This document shows positions 42,012-52,075 of a stretch of 64,000 bases of DNA, piece by piece (position 1 is the stretch's first letter; the number at the start of each line of letters is the position of its first letter). The DNA is taken from IMG/VR virus record IMGVR_UViG_3300001589_007665, positions 14,910 to 78,909 of that record. The stretch is one strand, 5' to 3'. The stretch comes from a virus. The translations under genes and the position numbers were made by a program. A model generated the notes under the pieces. That model worked only from the letters and a program-made list of their open reading frames with translations, had not been told where the DNA came from and did not search any database.

Positions 42012-43057
42012 TCAATACTTCCTGGAGCTTGGTAATGACCTACATTATACCCTGGCACCGTGTACTCGTCAACTACATTTTCTAAACCTTTTAATTGTAT
42101 GTCATGAGCAACTTGTTCACACATGGTCATATTATATCCAGGATTACAAACTTGTCCTTCTCTATATTCTAGTATCGGCAATATATCCTTATTGTCTTGA
42201 AAAGAATTTTTGCCATAATGACATAATTTTCTACATTTCCATGTTTTAGACAGTTTGGGTCTTTTTGTGTTTTTAATATGATAAAATTTTTGCCTTAATA
42301 AATCTTCAGTCTTTTGCATATCTGACTTATTAAAAGTCATACTAAAAGGACCTCCGTCATTAATAAAGTATATCGTTATGATACAAGTTTCTATATGTGG
42401 ATATAGTTTCTGTACAGCATAGAAATATATCATTAGTTGTGGATCAACCTCTAATTTTTCTTGAGTTTTTTCCTCACCCGTTGCCCAATTTAATCTTCTG
42501 CCTGTTTTCCAATCGATAATTTCTAAGGTATTTTCTGCTGGTTGAGTAATTAAATCTATTGTGCCTTTAATTGACAGATTTCCTTTAAGCTTTTCTCCGC
42601 TAGGCAATTCGTACTCGTACTCTGCCCAAGGCTTATTAATAGTTATATCAAATCTTTGTTCGGGGTAAAGAATATTTCTATTTCTTGGATCAAACATACC
42701 ACCAGCATATTCTATTGCCTTGTATGTCCATTTTTTACAATCTTTAAAATCTTTATCTGACCAATCATGATGACTAAAGCCTGTAGTGTAATACTCATAG
42801 ACTCTTTCTATTATATCGTCTAGATCATAATTATATACATTAATTTCTCCAAGAATATCATCTTTGAATGTAGATTCCCCTTTCTGTACAGTATATTTTA
42901 CAAAAGCTAAAATTTCTAAATTTTTATGTACTATAGTTCCTTTGTCTGCTTTTTTATTGGAGGGAGATCTGTAGCCCATAACATAATCAAAAAGATATTG
43001 TTGTTCACACATATTATGTGTGTTATAGCTGGAACTACGAAAGTATGTAATTATTAT
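42008..43057 (-). CDS. PD-(D/E)XK nuclease (RecB/AddB/Cas4-like); probable ATA start
   Basis: GTIVH, KGTIDLI, IIDWKTG, QLMIY, CRKLCHY; in-frame N-terminal extension IIITYFRSSSYNTHN. Confidence 0.85.
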   Translation of the reverse strand: MIITYFRSSSYNTHNMCEQQYLFDYVMGYRSPSNKKADKGTIVHKNLEILAFVKYTVQKGESTFKDDILGEINVYNYDLDDIIERVYEYYTTGFSHHDWSDKDFKDCKKWTYKAIEYAGGMFDPRNRNILYPEQRFDITINKPWAEYEYELPSGEKLKGNLSIKGTIDLITQPAENTLEIIDWKTGRRLNWATGEEKTQEKLEVDPQLMIYFYAVQKLYPHIETCIITIYFINDGGPFSMTFNKSDMQKTEDLLRQKFYHIKNTKRPKLSKTWKCRKLCHYGKNSFQDNKDILPILEYREGQVCNPGYNMTMCEQVAHDIQLKGLENVVDEYTVPGYNVGHYQAPGSIE

Positions 43058-43794
43058 GATATCACCTCGTTTAAGATTGTTTCTATTTCTATGGATTGAT
43101 TATATATGTCTATGTCGTTATTATTAACAATATAGTCAAACTTTTCCCAATCGTAATTCTCTTTATCCAATGCTGTTTCGCTAATATGAGTAGAGTCATA
43201 AGTATTTCTATTAAGTCTAACTACCACGCCGTTATTTTGTTGAATACAATCTACCTCATTAGGGAATCTACAATCAGTAATTAAAGATAGTTTACTTTTA
43301 TCTCTTTTAATTTTGGCAATAATTGCTGCAGTCCAGACATCAGATTTCATTTTTCTAAACATGTCAGTACCGACATACTGCATAACTTCTCTAGCTGTCA
43401 TGGCACTATTAGTACCTGGCCAAAAACAGTTTACTAATTCATTTTTTGAATTGTCTGAACCATAACAATGTTCATGTGTTAATCCTAGTATATTCATACA
43501 TACATCTTTTTTTAATGGATCAGCAAAACTATATACTTTTATAAAAGGATCTATAGTGGAGCAGACCTGTCTCATAATATAATCATTAGAATCATGAATA
43601 TGAGATGGGTCAAATGGACCACTGTAGTCTTTATTTCCTAAAAGATCGCTAACATGTATTAATCCATCATCATTAATTTTTACTTTTTTAGCAATCCTAA
43701 GATTGATCATAAAAGTAGAATATATAAAATTAACACAAGTATTCTTTCCTGACTGCTTTCTTCCTGAAAAAGCAATAATATTTTTGTTAGACAT
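43054..43794 (-). CDS. Deoxynucleoside monophosphate kinase (T4 gp1-like)
   Basis: FSGRKQSGKNT, SFADPLK, TAREVMQYVGTD, ITDCRFPNE. Confidence 0.85.
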   Translation of the reverse strand: MSNKNIIAFSGRKQSGKNTCVNFIYSTFMINLRIAKKVKINDDGLIHVSDLLGNKDYSGPFDPSHIHDSNDYIMRQVCSTIDPFIKVYSFADPLKKDVCMNILGLTHEHCYGSDNSKNELVNCFWPGTNSAMTAREVMQYVGTDMFRKMKSDVWTAAIIAKIKRDKSKLSLITDCRFPNEVDCIQQNNGVVVRLNRNTYDSTHISETALDKENYDWEKFDYIVNNNDIDIYNQSIEIETILNEVIS

Positions 43795-44938
43795 ACTCCA
43801 ACCTTGGTTTAATAAATTCCTGTATTTGTTCCACTGTCATTGTCGCAATATCCTGATAATCAATCTGGACATCTACAATATTATAAGTCCTTTCGCATTT
43901 CTTGTAAACATTCTCTGCCGCCTTCTTACCAGCATCATCGTTATCCATAATTGTATATATCGTCATAGCTCCTGACGTATCTAAAATCATTTTTTGAATA
44001 TCCGCTAAAGAAGATCCAAAGATAGCAACAGAATTATGTATTCCTGCTTCTTCTAGTCTCCATACATTTCCGGGGCTTTCTACTAAAATTACAGATCTAG
44101 ATTGTTTGATATGTTCCTGAGCAAACCAATAATTATAAAGATGATTTTGTGTTTTAAATCCATAATTATGTCTCCATTTACAATAAAGATATAGTGACTC
44201 TTGTTTTGGACAGTCTTTTTCTAAATGATAATGATTACAAACATCGCACTTTTCTGTAGTAGCACGGCCAGTACATCCTACCATATATTTTCTATTATTA
44301 TCATATACAGGAACTACTGCTCTACCAGACATTGGCTTACCACTCTTTATACAATCTCCAACATCATATTTAGTAAGAATATTTTCGCTAAAACCTCTAG
44401 ACATAAAATATTTAGAAGGTATATCTAATGAGTTCATAATAGATGTTCTTGATATTTTTTTGGAGTCATCAGGTTTTGTATTACTTATATATTTGACAGC
44501 ATTGACAAAGAGACTTTTTTCTTTATCTTTATTGTTGATTTTTATATTACTTAACTTATCCCCTAGAAATTGTTCAGCAAATGTTATCGTCTCTTTAAAG
44601 GTGCATATATTTTCACTATTATTAGGCCAGTCAAACCTTCTCTTTGATAGACATCCTCTAATAAAACCTAATATCGAAGATTTAAATGTTTCTTCACACC
44701 CATGTGTTCTGCATTTCCAGTTGCCTCTATAAGAATCTCCTGTGTGATATAGATTAAATGCAGAATCATTATCTCCTCCATGTATTGGGCAACTACAAAT
44801 TACCATTTTATCTGATATTCTATAGTCTTCGACGTCTAATACATCTAATAGCTCTTCTATATTATCACAAAGCCTATCTGACATCACCTTTAGTTGGGCT
44901 TGATCAGGAAAATTCGATTGCTTGGTCTTCGTTATCAT
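43787..44938 (-). CDS. dnaG: DNA primase (Zn finger + TOPRIM)
   Basis: CPIH...CRTHGC; GRAVVPV..VGCTGR; LVESPGN; MDNDDAG. Confidence 0.85.
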   Translation of the reverse strand: MITKTKQSNFPDQAQLKVMSDRLCDNIEELLDVLDVEDYRISDKMVICSCPIHGGDNDSAFNLYHTGDSYRGNWKCRTHGCEETFKSSILGFIRGCLSKRRFDWPNNSENICTFKETITFAEQFLGDKLSNIKINNKDKEKSLFVNAVKYISNTKPDDSKKISRTSIMNSLDIPSKYFMSRGFSENILTKYDVGDCIKSGKPMSGRAVVPVYDNNRKYMVGCTGRATTEKCDVCNHYHLEKDCPKQESLYLYCKWRHNYGFKTQNHLYNYWFAQEHIKQSRSVILVESPGNVWRLEEAGIHNSVAIFGSSLADIQKMILDTSGAMTIYTIMDNDDAGKKAAENVYKKCERTYNIVDVQIDYQDIATMTVEQIQEFIKPRLEYV

Positions 44939-46364
44939 TGATTATAAACCCATCGTTATCAGGAGTGTTACCATTAGTTAATTCTAGTCTAGTTTGACCT
45001 TCTGTGATTTTTGCACACCAACCCTTCATATTGCAGTTGATGTAATCGTTGTCATCCAATCCTCCACCATGTCGACTAATAACAGGCAACAACTTTCTAT
45101 TGCCAGCATTTGGTCCGTCTTCTGCTATTTCTTCATCTGTCTTTCTTTTAAATATTGTAAAGTTGCTACAAAGCCATATAATTCTATCGGAACCACTAGC
45201 TGTATCAGTACTTTCTTTGGTTATGCCGTCTCTGTTAAGCTGTACAAATGCTACCACAGGAATACCATATTTGCAAGCAAAATTATGTAAAGAAGTCATC
45301 ATAAAGCCTAGGACCTGATATTCTTTAAGGTCTTGAGACATACCTTGACTATCCATTAGTTTAAGATAGTCATAGAATACAACACAGTCATTAGCTGTAC
45401 CGTCTGATTTTAAACCTACTTCTTTGACAATCCATCTTCGCATAACAGCTAGCTGTTCTTCAAAAGGTTTACCAGCAATACTTTTATGATATAGTGGGAT
45501 ATTTGCAATGTTCTTAGCAGAGTCTTTAATTTTCTTTTTCATATTAGGAGAATCAGCAAATTTACCAGATTCAATTTTATTAATTTCTACTTCAGTAGAC
45601 ATGGCTAATATTCTATGGATATGATCTTCTTTCGTCATTTCAGTATCCATATTAAGAACTGGTATTTTTAATTCGTTTGCTATATAAAAACCCATGTTGT
45701 CAGATAAAAGGGTTTTACCAGTTTTCGGTCTTGCAGCAATAACATTGATTGTATTTCTTCTTAATCCTCCGCCAATAGACCTGTCGTATACAGGAAAGCC
45801 TGTAGAGATACCTATTTGATCTACTGGATTTGTTTCTAGATAATCCACATAATCTTCTATAGAAGAACCCATGGTCGTTGGAGCAGTTTCGGAATCTGTT
45901 AATTTAGAAGAAAAGTCAAATACCGCATCTTCTGCAATACCTAATATAGCAGCTATAGATTCATTACCATTAATGTCTAATATTTTATTTTGTGTGTTTT
46001 TTAATTCTGAATGTAAGTCTCTAGCAATCTGTAGTTTTTTAATTTTGGCAGCAAATTTTCTAGCATTATTACCGTCTACAGGAAAGTCTTTAATTGCTTT
46101 TATATGCTGAGATTCTTGTTTAGTATTTAATAAGTTTGAAAGACCTAGCTCTTGAGCAACAGAGAATACAGATGCTATATCAATATGAACACAGGTTTCT
46201 TGTTCAGATATATGCTTTAAGCACTGGAACAGATATTGGTTACTGTCTATGGTGAAGGTCTGTTCATCAATTAAATCTGCAATGTCCAAGAAGGCTTTAT
46301 CACCACCTTGCATTATTGAACTCAAAACTGCTCTTTCGGCAGCGGGATCACACAATATCATCAA
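44904..46364 (-). CDS. dnaB: Replicative DNA helicase
   Basis: AERAVL, GISTGF, AARPKTGKT, YDYLKLM, QLNR. Confidence 0.92.
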   Translation of the reverse strand: MMILCDPAAERAVLSSIMQGGDKAFLDIADLIDEQTFTIDSNQYLFQCLKHISEQETCVHIDIASVFSVAQELGLSNLLNTKQESQHIKAIKDFPVDGNNARKFAAKIKKLQIARDLHSELKNTQNKILDINGNESIAAILGIAEDAVFDFSSKLTDSETAPTTMGSSIEDYVDYLETNPVDQIGISTGFPVYDRSIGGGLRRNTINVIAARPKTGKTLLSDNMGFYIANELKIPVLNMDTEMTKEDHIHRILAMSTEVEINKIESGKFADSPNMKKKIKDSAKNIANIPLYHKSIAGKPFEEQLAVMRRWIVKEVGLKSDGTANDCVVFYDYLKLMDSQGMSQDLKEYQVLGFMMTSLHNFACKYGIPVVAFVQLNRDGITKESTDTASGSDRIIWLCSNFTIFKRKTDEEIAEDGPNAGNRKLLPVISRHGGGLDDNDYINCNMKGWCAKITEGQTRLELTNGNTPDNDGFIINDNEDQAIEFS

Positions 46365-46771
46365 CCAGCTCCTTTAGCACAACTATTACATTTATATCTA
46401 TTTACACCATCAACGATTAGCTGTCCACTAACTTGTTCTTCTTTGCCGCATACTCTACATCTTACATCAATTAATGCTGCTGGCCTGTTACGCATAATCG
46501 GTTGCGAAGACTTTAATTTTTCGTCTATAGCAACATCATTTTTGTGCATATTTTTTTCTGGCATATCTAAGAATAGGTTCTCTTCTAAACCATAAGGCTG
46601 TCTTTTTCTAACATTGGGGTTTTTAGATTTAGGAGCAGATATTTTTTTTTGAGGAACTTCTATAGATTCTGATGTTGAAGACTTTTCAGGATCAGGAGTT
46701 TCTTCCCCGTCTAATGTTTCTATCATTGCATATAATAGTTGTTTTAATTTATCTGTGTCTACATTAGCCAT
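46361..46771 (-). CDS. Hypothetical protein with C-terminal zinc ribbon
   Basis: CRVCG...CNSC. Confidence 0.55.
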   Translation of the reverse strand: MANVDTDKLKQLLYAMIETLDGEETPDPEKSSTSESIEVPQKKISAPKSKNPNVRKRQPYGLEENLFLDMPEKNMHKNDVAIDEKLKSSQPIMRNRPAALIDVRCRVCGKEEQVSGQLIVDGVNRYKCNSCAKGAG

Positions 46772-47246
46772 TTTTCACCTTATTCCTTTGTATTGAAATA
46801 ATAATATCTGATAAGTTTTTTAAAGTATTAGCCATATAAGAAAGCCTGTCTATTCTTTGCTTGGCATATCGTTTAATCTTATTTAAAGAATCTGCTTTGG
46901 AGTTATGTTTGATTGCTTGCAAAGATTTTTCAATATATCCATATCCTTTGTAGCTGTTTATTTCATCAGCAATAACTTCTTTGATTTTGTCATCAGACCA
47001 ATTGTACCTAGCTAGTTCTCTGTTAATAGTTCTCTGTATATGGAAAGCAAATTGAGATAAGCGATATGCTATTTCTCCACATTGATCTGGAGTAACTTTT
47101 TCTAAAACATCCCTAGACATTGTTAAATACTCATTAAGTTCTTCAGAAGGTAGGCTTTCTGTGACGTAATTGGGTAGTCCCATCCCTTGTTCATATTCAT
47201 CTAATATTGTATCCCAGTGTTCTAATTCTTCTTTAGTTGTTTTCAT
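46764..47246 (-). CDS. Hypothetical helical protein in the recombination cluster
   Basis: ATGA coupling fixes start at 47246; coiled-coil-like C-terminus. Confidence 0.5.
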   Translation of the reverse strand: MKTTKEELEHWDTILDEYEQGMGLPNYVTESLPSEELNEYLTMSRDVLEKVTPDQCGEIAYRLSQFAFHIQRTINRELARYNWSDDKIKEVIADEINSYKGYGYIEKSLQAIKHNSKADSLNKIKRYAKQRIDRLSYMANTLKNLSDIIISIQRNKVKNG

Positions 47247-47647
47247 GTTAATAGTCTGTCTCTCCATTCCTCTTCTGATTCTGAATAAGGAAGTTCTACG
47301 TATTCAATATCGTTTTTTTCACACCATTCTTTTTTTTGCTGATCTCTTTTTCTATGCTTCAAAAATCCTAAAGTGTTGTTGTGATAAAATTGTACAAATT
47401 TATAATGCTGTTCACCGTGAACCTCTATACAAGTTTTACTCAATGGGAGATAAAAGTCAAGATACAAAGTTTCATTTTTTCTAATGGGTGCTCCTACCTC
47501 TTCTAATATCTGCAGTGTGGGGAAACATTCTTTAATTAATTTTCTAGCTTTAAGATGCAGACCCGATTTATTAAGCCTACTACCTTTTGCTATATGACCC
47601 TTTAAAGACCATTTCTTAATATTGTCGTCCAAATCACTGATGTTCAT
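47243..47647 (-). CDS. Vsr/DUF559-like endonuclease
   Basis: LYLDFYLP...IEVHGEQHY...RDQQKKEWC; ATGA coupling to recA. Confidence 0.7.
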   Translation of the reverse strand: MNISDLDDNIKKWSLKGHIAKGSRLNKSGLHLKARKLIKECFPTLQILEEVGAPIRKNETLYLDFYLPLSKTCIEVHGEQHYKFVQFYHNNTLGFLKHRKRDQQKKEWCEKNDIEYVELPYSESEEEWRDRLLT

Positions 47648-48657
47648 TGTATACCCATAGTTGTTTTTACTTCTTTCCAAAGACTATCATAAATTTTAGG
47701 ATTCTGTGCTATAAAATCTCTAGCTTTTTCTCCACCTTGAAACTTAGGACTATCTTTGACACCAGAAAAGGTATACCAAGCACCACCTTTATCTATCAGT
47801 CCCAAATCTGTAGCCAAATTAAACAGTTCCATTTCTTTATCTACTCCAATTCCATATCTAATATAGCTAGTAATTTTAGCACCCGGAGGACCTAGAGCAG
47901 AACATATTACTTGCCAATCAATCGTTTGACCAATTTGTGTCTCTTCCTTGCCAACGTTCCATGCTTTAAAATATGCTGCTTTTAATTTAATATCTGTTTG
48001 ATAAGCAATTGCTTGTCCGGATTTTTCTTTCCATTCACTACTGCCATATCCAGGATTGCCCATAAGATGAGTAATTCCTATCACAATATTTTTATTTACA
48101 GGGATTACATTAGCTACTTTTCTACAAAACTTTGCTAATAACTTTGCCCCATCTGCTCTTTGCATTTTGCTCATATCCGATGTAATTTCTGATTCTGTAC
48201 ACAACGCAGAATACGAGTCTATAATAACTACTGAACCAGGAACTTCATTAATGATTCTTTCTCCGATTTGTAGATATTCTTCAGCATGTAATATTTTCCC
48301 TGTTTTAGATCCTATAATATGGAACCTGTCTAAATCTAATCCAGCTATACCGTTAAGGTCTCTCTTTTTCAGCCTACCCTCTATATTTAGGTAGTACACC
48401 TCTCTACCATCAGCAAAATCTCCATGAGCATATTTCTTCTGTTGGGCAATCGCCGCAACAAAAAGAGATGTTGTTGTTTTACCACATTTCGGCTGTCCTG
48501 TAAAGATGACAAAACTACCTTCTGGAATACCTCCGTTAAGGGCTATATCTAAAGAAGGACTTATAGGAATAGTTACAATATTTTTATCAATTACAGAATT
48601 ACCAGATAGTATAATATCATCGCCAAAAGTTTTTTTAATATCAGTTTGTATGCTCAT
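47644..48657 (-). CDS. recA: RecA/UvsX-family recombinase
   Basis: SLDIALNGGIPEG, GQPKCGKTT, IIDSYSAL, GLIDKGGAWY. Confidence 0.9.
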   Translation of the reverse strand: MSIQTDIKKTFGDDIILSGNSVIDKNIVTIPISPSLDIALNGGIPEGSFVIFTGQPKCGKTTTSLFVAAIAQQKKYAHGDFADGREVYYLNIEGRLKKRDLNGIAGLDLDRFHIIGSKTGKILHAEEYLQIGERIINEVPGSVVIIDSYSALCTESEITSDMSKMQRADGAKLLAKFCRKVANVIPVNKNIVIGITHLMGNPGYGSSEWKEKSGQAIAYQTDIKLKAAYFKAWNVGKEETQIGQTIDWQVICSALGPPGAKITSYIRYGIGVDKEMELFNLATDLGLIDKGGAWYTFSGVKDSPKFQGGEKARDFIAQNPKIYDSLWKEVKTTMGIQ

Positions 48658-49060
48658 CGTCCATATCCTCTAATTTAGAAAGTATATTGTTTTTAATTTT
48701 ATTTTTCCGGAAGGTTTTTCCTTGGGCTCTTTCAATAGGTTTTGAAAGTTCATTATTTTCTGTCATTAATTTTTTTTGTTCTGATTCTATTACGGGAGAT
48801 AACAGAGGAGCCCTCAGAGAATATGTATTTCTGGTTTTTGGATTTTTTAATGCTCTAATTATAGCTTTTGCTTTATACTTTTTCAACAGTTTGTGTGCAG
48901 CACCAATTTGATTTTTATAAAAATTTTCCCATTCTTTATTTAACCAGAATCTATAATGCAAATCTTTCTTTTCTCTTTTAGCTTTTTTTTCACATATTAT
49001 TTCTGTAATATACTGAGCATCAGAGACCTCTTTGCCGTTAGAATATTTTGATATATACAT
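48641..49060 (-). CDS. Hypothetical basic protein
   Basis: 139 aa ORF with RBS. Confidence 0.5.
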   Translation of the reverse strand: MYISKYSNGKEVSDAQYITEIICEKKAKREKKDLHYRFWLNKEWENFYKNQIGAAHKLLKKYKAKAIIRALKNPKTRNTYSLRAPLLSPVIESEQKKLMTENNELSKPIERAQGKTFRKNKIKNNILSKLEDMDDEHTN

Positions 49061-49068
49061 AGCCCCAC

Positions 49069-49392
49069 CTATTGGTTTGGCTTATAAATATACGATTCTG
49101 GGTTTCTAAAAGATTGGCTTTTTGTTGATTCCTCAATTACTTGAGAAGCTTCTCCAGTCATTACCGTTACCCCAGAGCTTCCGCCGCCTGTTTCGTTTAT
49201 CATTAGCTTTTTAGCTGCTGATACTTTTTCTGTTTTTGTTTTAACCTGACCTTTAGAAGAAGCATTCTTTTCTAAAATACTACCAACCTGTTTAACGGTT
49301 AAATTCAATTCTGATGCAATATTTTCTTGTGACATATCTTCATTATCCAGCCACCTAATTGCATAAGATTGTGCTTTAGTTATTCTACCCAT
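49069..49392 (-). CDS. Helix-turn-helix protein
   Basis: MSQENIASELNLTVKQVGSIL. Confidence 0.55.
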   Translation of the reverse strand: MGRITKAQSYAIRWLDNEDMSQENIASELNLTVKQVGSILEKNASSKGQVKTKTEKVSAAKKLMINETGGGSSGVTVMTGEASQVIEESTKSQSFRNPESYIYKPNQ

Positions 49393-49769
49393 TATATTAA
49401 TTCCCTTTCAGTATTTAATAGCCATGATTTTACACCAGTTTTCAGAAAACTTATATAGTAATCAAAAGCTTTTTGGTTTACCATAATAAATTTTGAATCT
49501 TCTTTATAAGCAGAACTGTACGAATCCTTGTCGTTCCCTAGTTGATTATTAGGATCTACAGGTCTACTTGAACTGTCGCACTTTATCATAAGCCTATAGG
49601 ATCCATTATCACGCACTATCTTTTTAGCAAAAACAGTATCGTTATTTTCTTTTGTTCTTGGATTATTGTTATCATCTAAAAAATCTTCTTGTCCTACAGA
49701 AGTATAAAATTCATCGCTGCCAATTGTTACTTTGTTGTTTTTTGCTGTTGTTATAAAGTCATCCATCAT
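49392..49769 (-). CDS. Hypothetical protein, paralog of 50419..50790
   Basis: Shared YT..G.ED.LD....PR and F..VN...F..Y..FL.T...SW motifs. Confidence 0.6.
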   Translation of the reverse strand: MMDDFITTAKNNKVTIGSDEFYTSVGQEDFLDDNNNPRTKENNDTVFAKKIVRDNGSYRLMIKCDSSSRPVDPNNQLGNDKDSYSSAYKEDSKFIMVNQKAFDYYISFLKTGVKSWLLNTERELI

Positions 49770-50076
49770 TAGTTTCCTTTGCTGCATTAATTAAAGATTG
49801 TTGAAAATGTTGTAAAAACTTTTCCATATATTCATTAGCATCTGATGTTTCTGGCACAGGCATATGAAAATTTCTTTTATATAACTTTTTTAAATTTGTA
49901 TTTTCTCTTTTTTCATTTTGTTCAAAAACACTACACTCTACAGAAAACACTACCTCGTGTGCTGCGTCAGTGATTTTTTTAGGAGATGTATCTAATTCGT
50001 CATATTGGAGAAATTCAGATCTTTTTTCTGGATCTTCCATGATATCTTTTATCTGCTGCTCTATATTTACGTCCAT
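49759..50076 (-). CDS. Hypothetical protein
   Basis: 105 aa, overlaps both neighbours. Confidence 0.5.
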   Translation of the reverse strand: MDVNIEQQIKDIMEDPEKRSEFLQYDELDTSPKKITDAAHEVVFSVECSVFEQNEKRENTNLKKLYKRNFHMPVPETSDANEYMEKFLQHFQQSLINAAKETNDG

Positions 50077-50417
50077 TTTGTTCTTGGTCCTCTTCTGATT
50101 TTTTTGGAGCCATCAGGCATTGGTTTCTGGAACGAAGAGTCTTTGTATTCATTATGCTTATGGTATAAGTGGGTCTTATGGTCGTCGCTCAATCGGTCTC
50201 TATTTCTATTTGCTAAATCTCCTAGTTTTATTTGATCGTCAGACTTAATAACACTACCTGTCATATTTTGTAAATCTGTACTATAAGATCTTTCTATCTT
50301 TTTACTATTACATTTAGTACATTTAGATTTACTTACAGAATTATCATAATTGCTATAAGTAGCAAAAATTTCAAATGTGTGACCACATTTAGAACATTTA
50401 AAAGTATAAACCGGCAT
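50067..50417 (-). CDS. FmdB-family zinc-ribbon protein
   Basis: MPVYTFKCSKCGHTFE...CTKCNS. Confidence 0.85.
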   Translation of the reverse strand: MPVYTFKCSKCGHTFEIFATYSNYDNSVSKSKCTKCNSKKIERSYSTDLQNMTGSVIKSDDQIKLGDLANRNRDRLSDDHKTHLYHKHNEYKDSSFQKPMPDGSKKIRRGPRTKWT

Positions 50418-50418
50418 A

Positions 50419-50790
50419 TTAAATAAGGTCCCTATTTATTTCTTTAATCCACGAAGAGTTTTGAGTTGTTAAGAATTTTAAATACTTATTAAAAACATAG
50501 TAATTTACTTGTACAAAACTATATTTAGACTTACAAGTTCTGTCTACAAAATTACCGGTTGGTTGATTTTTATTATTAGGATTATATGCTTGTTGTTTAG
50601 CATCAATAGCTATATAGAATTTATATGAGTTATTGTCCACTCCTAAGCTACTGTTAGGAACCATGTGTTTTGGTTTTCTAGAAAGTAGTGCTTTAGCATA
50701 CAAAAAATTTGTATTTTCTTTTTCTAGTCTAGGGAGTTTATCTTCGTCAAGATAGTCTTCTGAACCAGATATTGTATAGTATTTATCCAT
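50419..50790 (-). CDS. Hypothetical protein, paralog of 49392..49769
   Basis: Same two motifs as the paralog. Confidence 0.6.
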   Translation of the reverse strand: MDKYYTISGSEDYLDEDKLPRLEKENTNFLYAKALLSRKPKHMVPNSSLGVDNNSYKFYIAIDAKQQAYNPNNKNQPTGNFVDRTCKSKYSFVQVNYYVFNKYLKFLTTQNSSWIKEINRDLI

Positions 50791-51369
50791 TTATATAAAC
50801 TTGCTAATATATTTTTCCCATATGTCTTTGGACTCTACATCTATAGTAATCACCTCTTGGTACCAAGGCAAGTATTTTGGAGAAAATTTTGGCTTAATCG
50901 GTTGTGAAAGTAGCGTCATATTAGCTTCTTCAGGTGTTTTATTAGCTTTCTTAGTATTGCATTTTCTACAAGCAGTTACTATATTTGTCCAACTGGTGCA
51001 TACTTTATTGTCTTTAAATTTAGACTTAGGCACAATATGATCATATGTTAGCTGACTTCTTAACAAATGTTTTCCACAATATTGGCAACTGTTATTGTCT
51101 CTGGTAAATAAGTTCTTACGAGATAACTTAACATTCATTCTAGAGGATTTAAAATATCTTGTAGCCCTAGCTACCGCAGGAACAGGTATTAGTCTATTAT
51201 TTGAGCAGATAATATTATCATCATATTGTTCTAATATCTGAATACCATAATTAAAATCATGCAAATATTTAATCTGCCATACGATAGCTTTTTTCCAATG
51301 AATGATACACATTGGAGTAAAGTCACAATTAAGTACTAAACATTTTCTATTATGGTTGTTCATTATCAA
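50791..51369 (-). CDS. HNH endonuclease (McrA-like)
   Basis: RDNNSCQYCG...TYDHIVPKS...WTNIVTACRKCNTKKAN. Confidence 0.9.
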   Translation of the reverse strand: MIMNNHNRKCLVLNCDFTPMCIIHWKKAIVWQIKYLHDFNYGIQILEQYDDNIICSNNRLIPVPAVARATRYFKSSRMNVKLSRKNLFTRDNNSCQYCGKHLLRSQLTYDHIVPKSKFKDNKVCTSWTNIVTACRKCNTKKANKTPEEANMTLLSQPIKPKFSPKYLPWYQEVITIDVESKDIWEKYISKFI

Positions 51370-52051
51370 GTCTACGGACTATATCCCCTATAATTGGATT
51401 TCTCACAATATCGGAAGTTTCTAGTCTACAAGATCCGACACTATTGATATCATCTAGCCTATTAATTAATTCTAAAAAACCACCCTGTTGTTGTCTTTGT
51501 AGATCCGACTGAGCGATATCTCCAGTAAGGACCATTTTACTGTTCATGCCAATACGTGTTAAAAGCATTTTCAATTGATCATACGAAGCATTCTGACATT
51601 CGTCAGCCACAATAAAAGAATTATGGAAACTTCTGCCCCTCATTAAACCTAAAGGTACAACTTCAATTTTTCTACCTACTTTTAATTTAGTATAACTCTG
51701 CATTTGTAAGAAATAATTAATTTCATCAAATAAAGGCAGCAAATATGGGTGTAATTTTTCTTCTGCTGTACCGGGTAAATATCCTAGTTTTTCTCCTGCT
51801 TCTACAACAGGTCTAGTGATTACAATTTTTTCTACCTTTAAATCTAAAAGATATTCTAGGGCCATGCCTATAGCAATATGTGTTTTGCCACTACCAGGAA
51901 CACCTTGACAAAATGTTACAGTATTTTCTGCTACTTCTCTGATATATTCTTTTTGATTTATTGTTCTAGGTTTTAGTCTATTTTTAAAACCAATAACATG
52001 TTCATCAGGAGTTAATTTATCAAGAGTTTTTTTGGGTTTTCTTTTTCTCAA
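51350..52051 (-). CDS. phoH: PhoH-family ATPase
   Basis: GVPGSGKT, ITRPVVEAGEKLGYLPG, MRGRSF, DECQN, LTRIG, GDIAQSD; TTG start with GAGGT RBS. Confidence 0.95.
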   Translation of the reverse strand: MRKRKPKKTLDKLTPDEHVIGFKNRLKPRTINQKEYIREVAENTVTFCQGVPGSGKTHIAIGMALEYLLDLKVEKIVITRPVVEAGEKLGYLPGTAEEKLHPYLLPLFDEINYFLQMQSYTKLKVGRKIEVVPLGLMRGRSFHNSFIVADECQNASYDQLKMLLTRIGMNSKMVLTGDIAQSDLQRQQQGGFLELINRLDDINSVGSCRLETSDIVRNPIIGDIVRRLDNEQP

Positions 52052-52075
52052 AACTTTACCTCTATAAGATTAGAA

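Noticed and set aside
42008-43057. Cas4 as part of a CRISPR-Cas system
   Set aside because: No other cas genes or array; solo PD-(D/E)XK nucleases are common in phage replication modules
46764-47246. UvsY-like recombination mediator
   Set aside because: Only position and helical character support it; no recognisable motif
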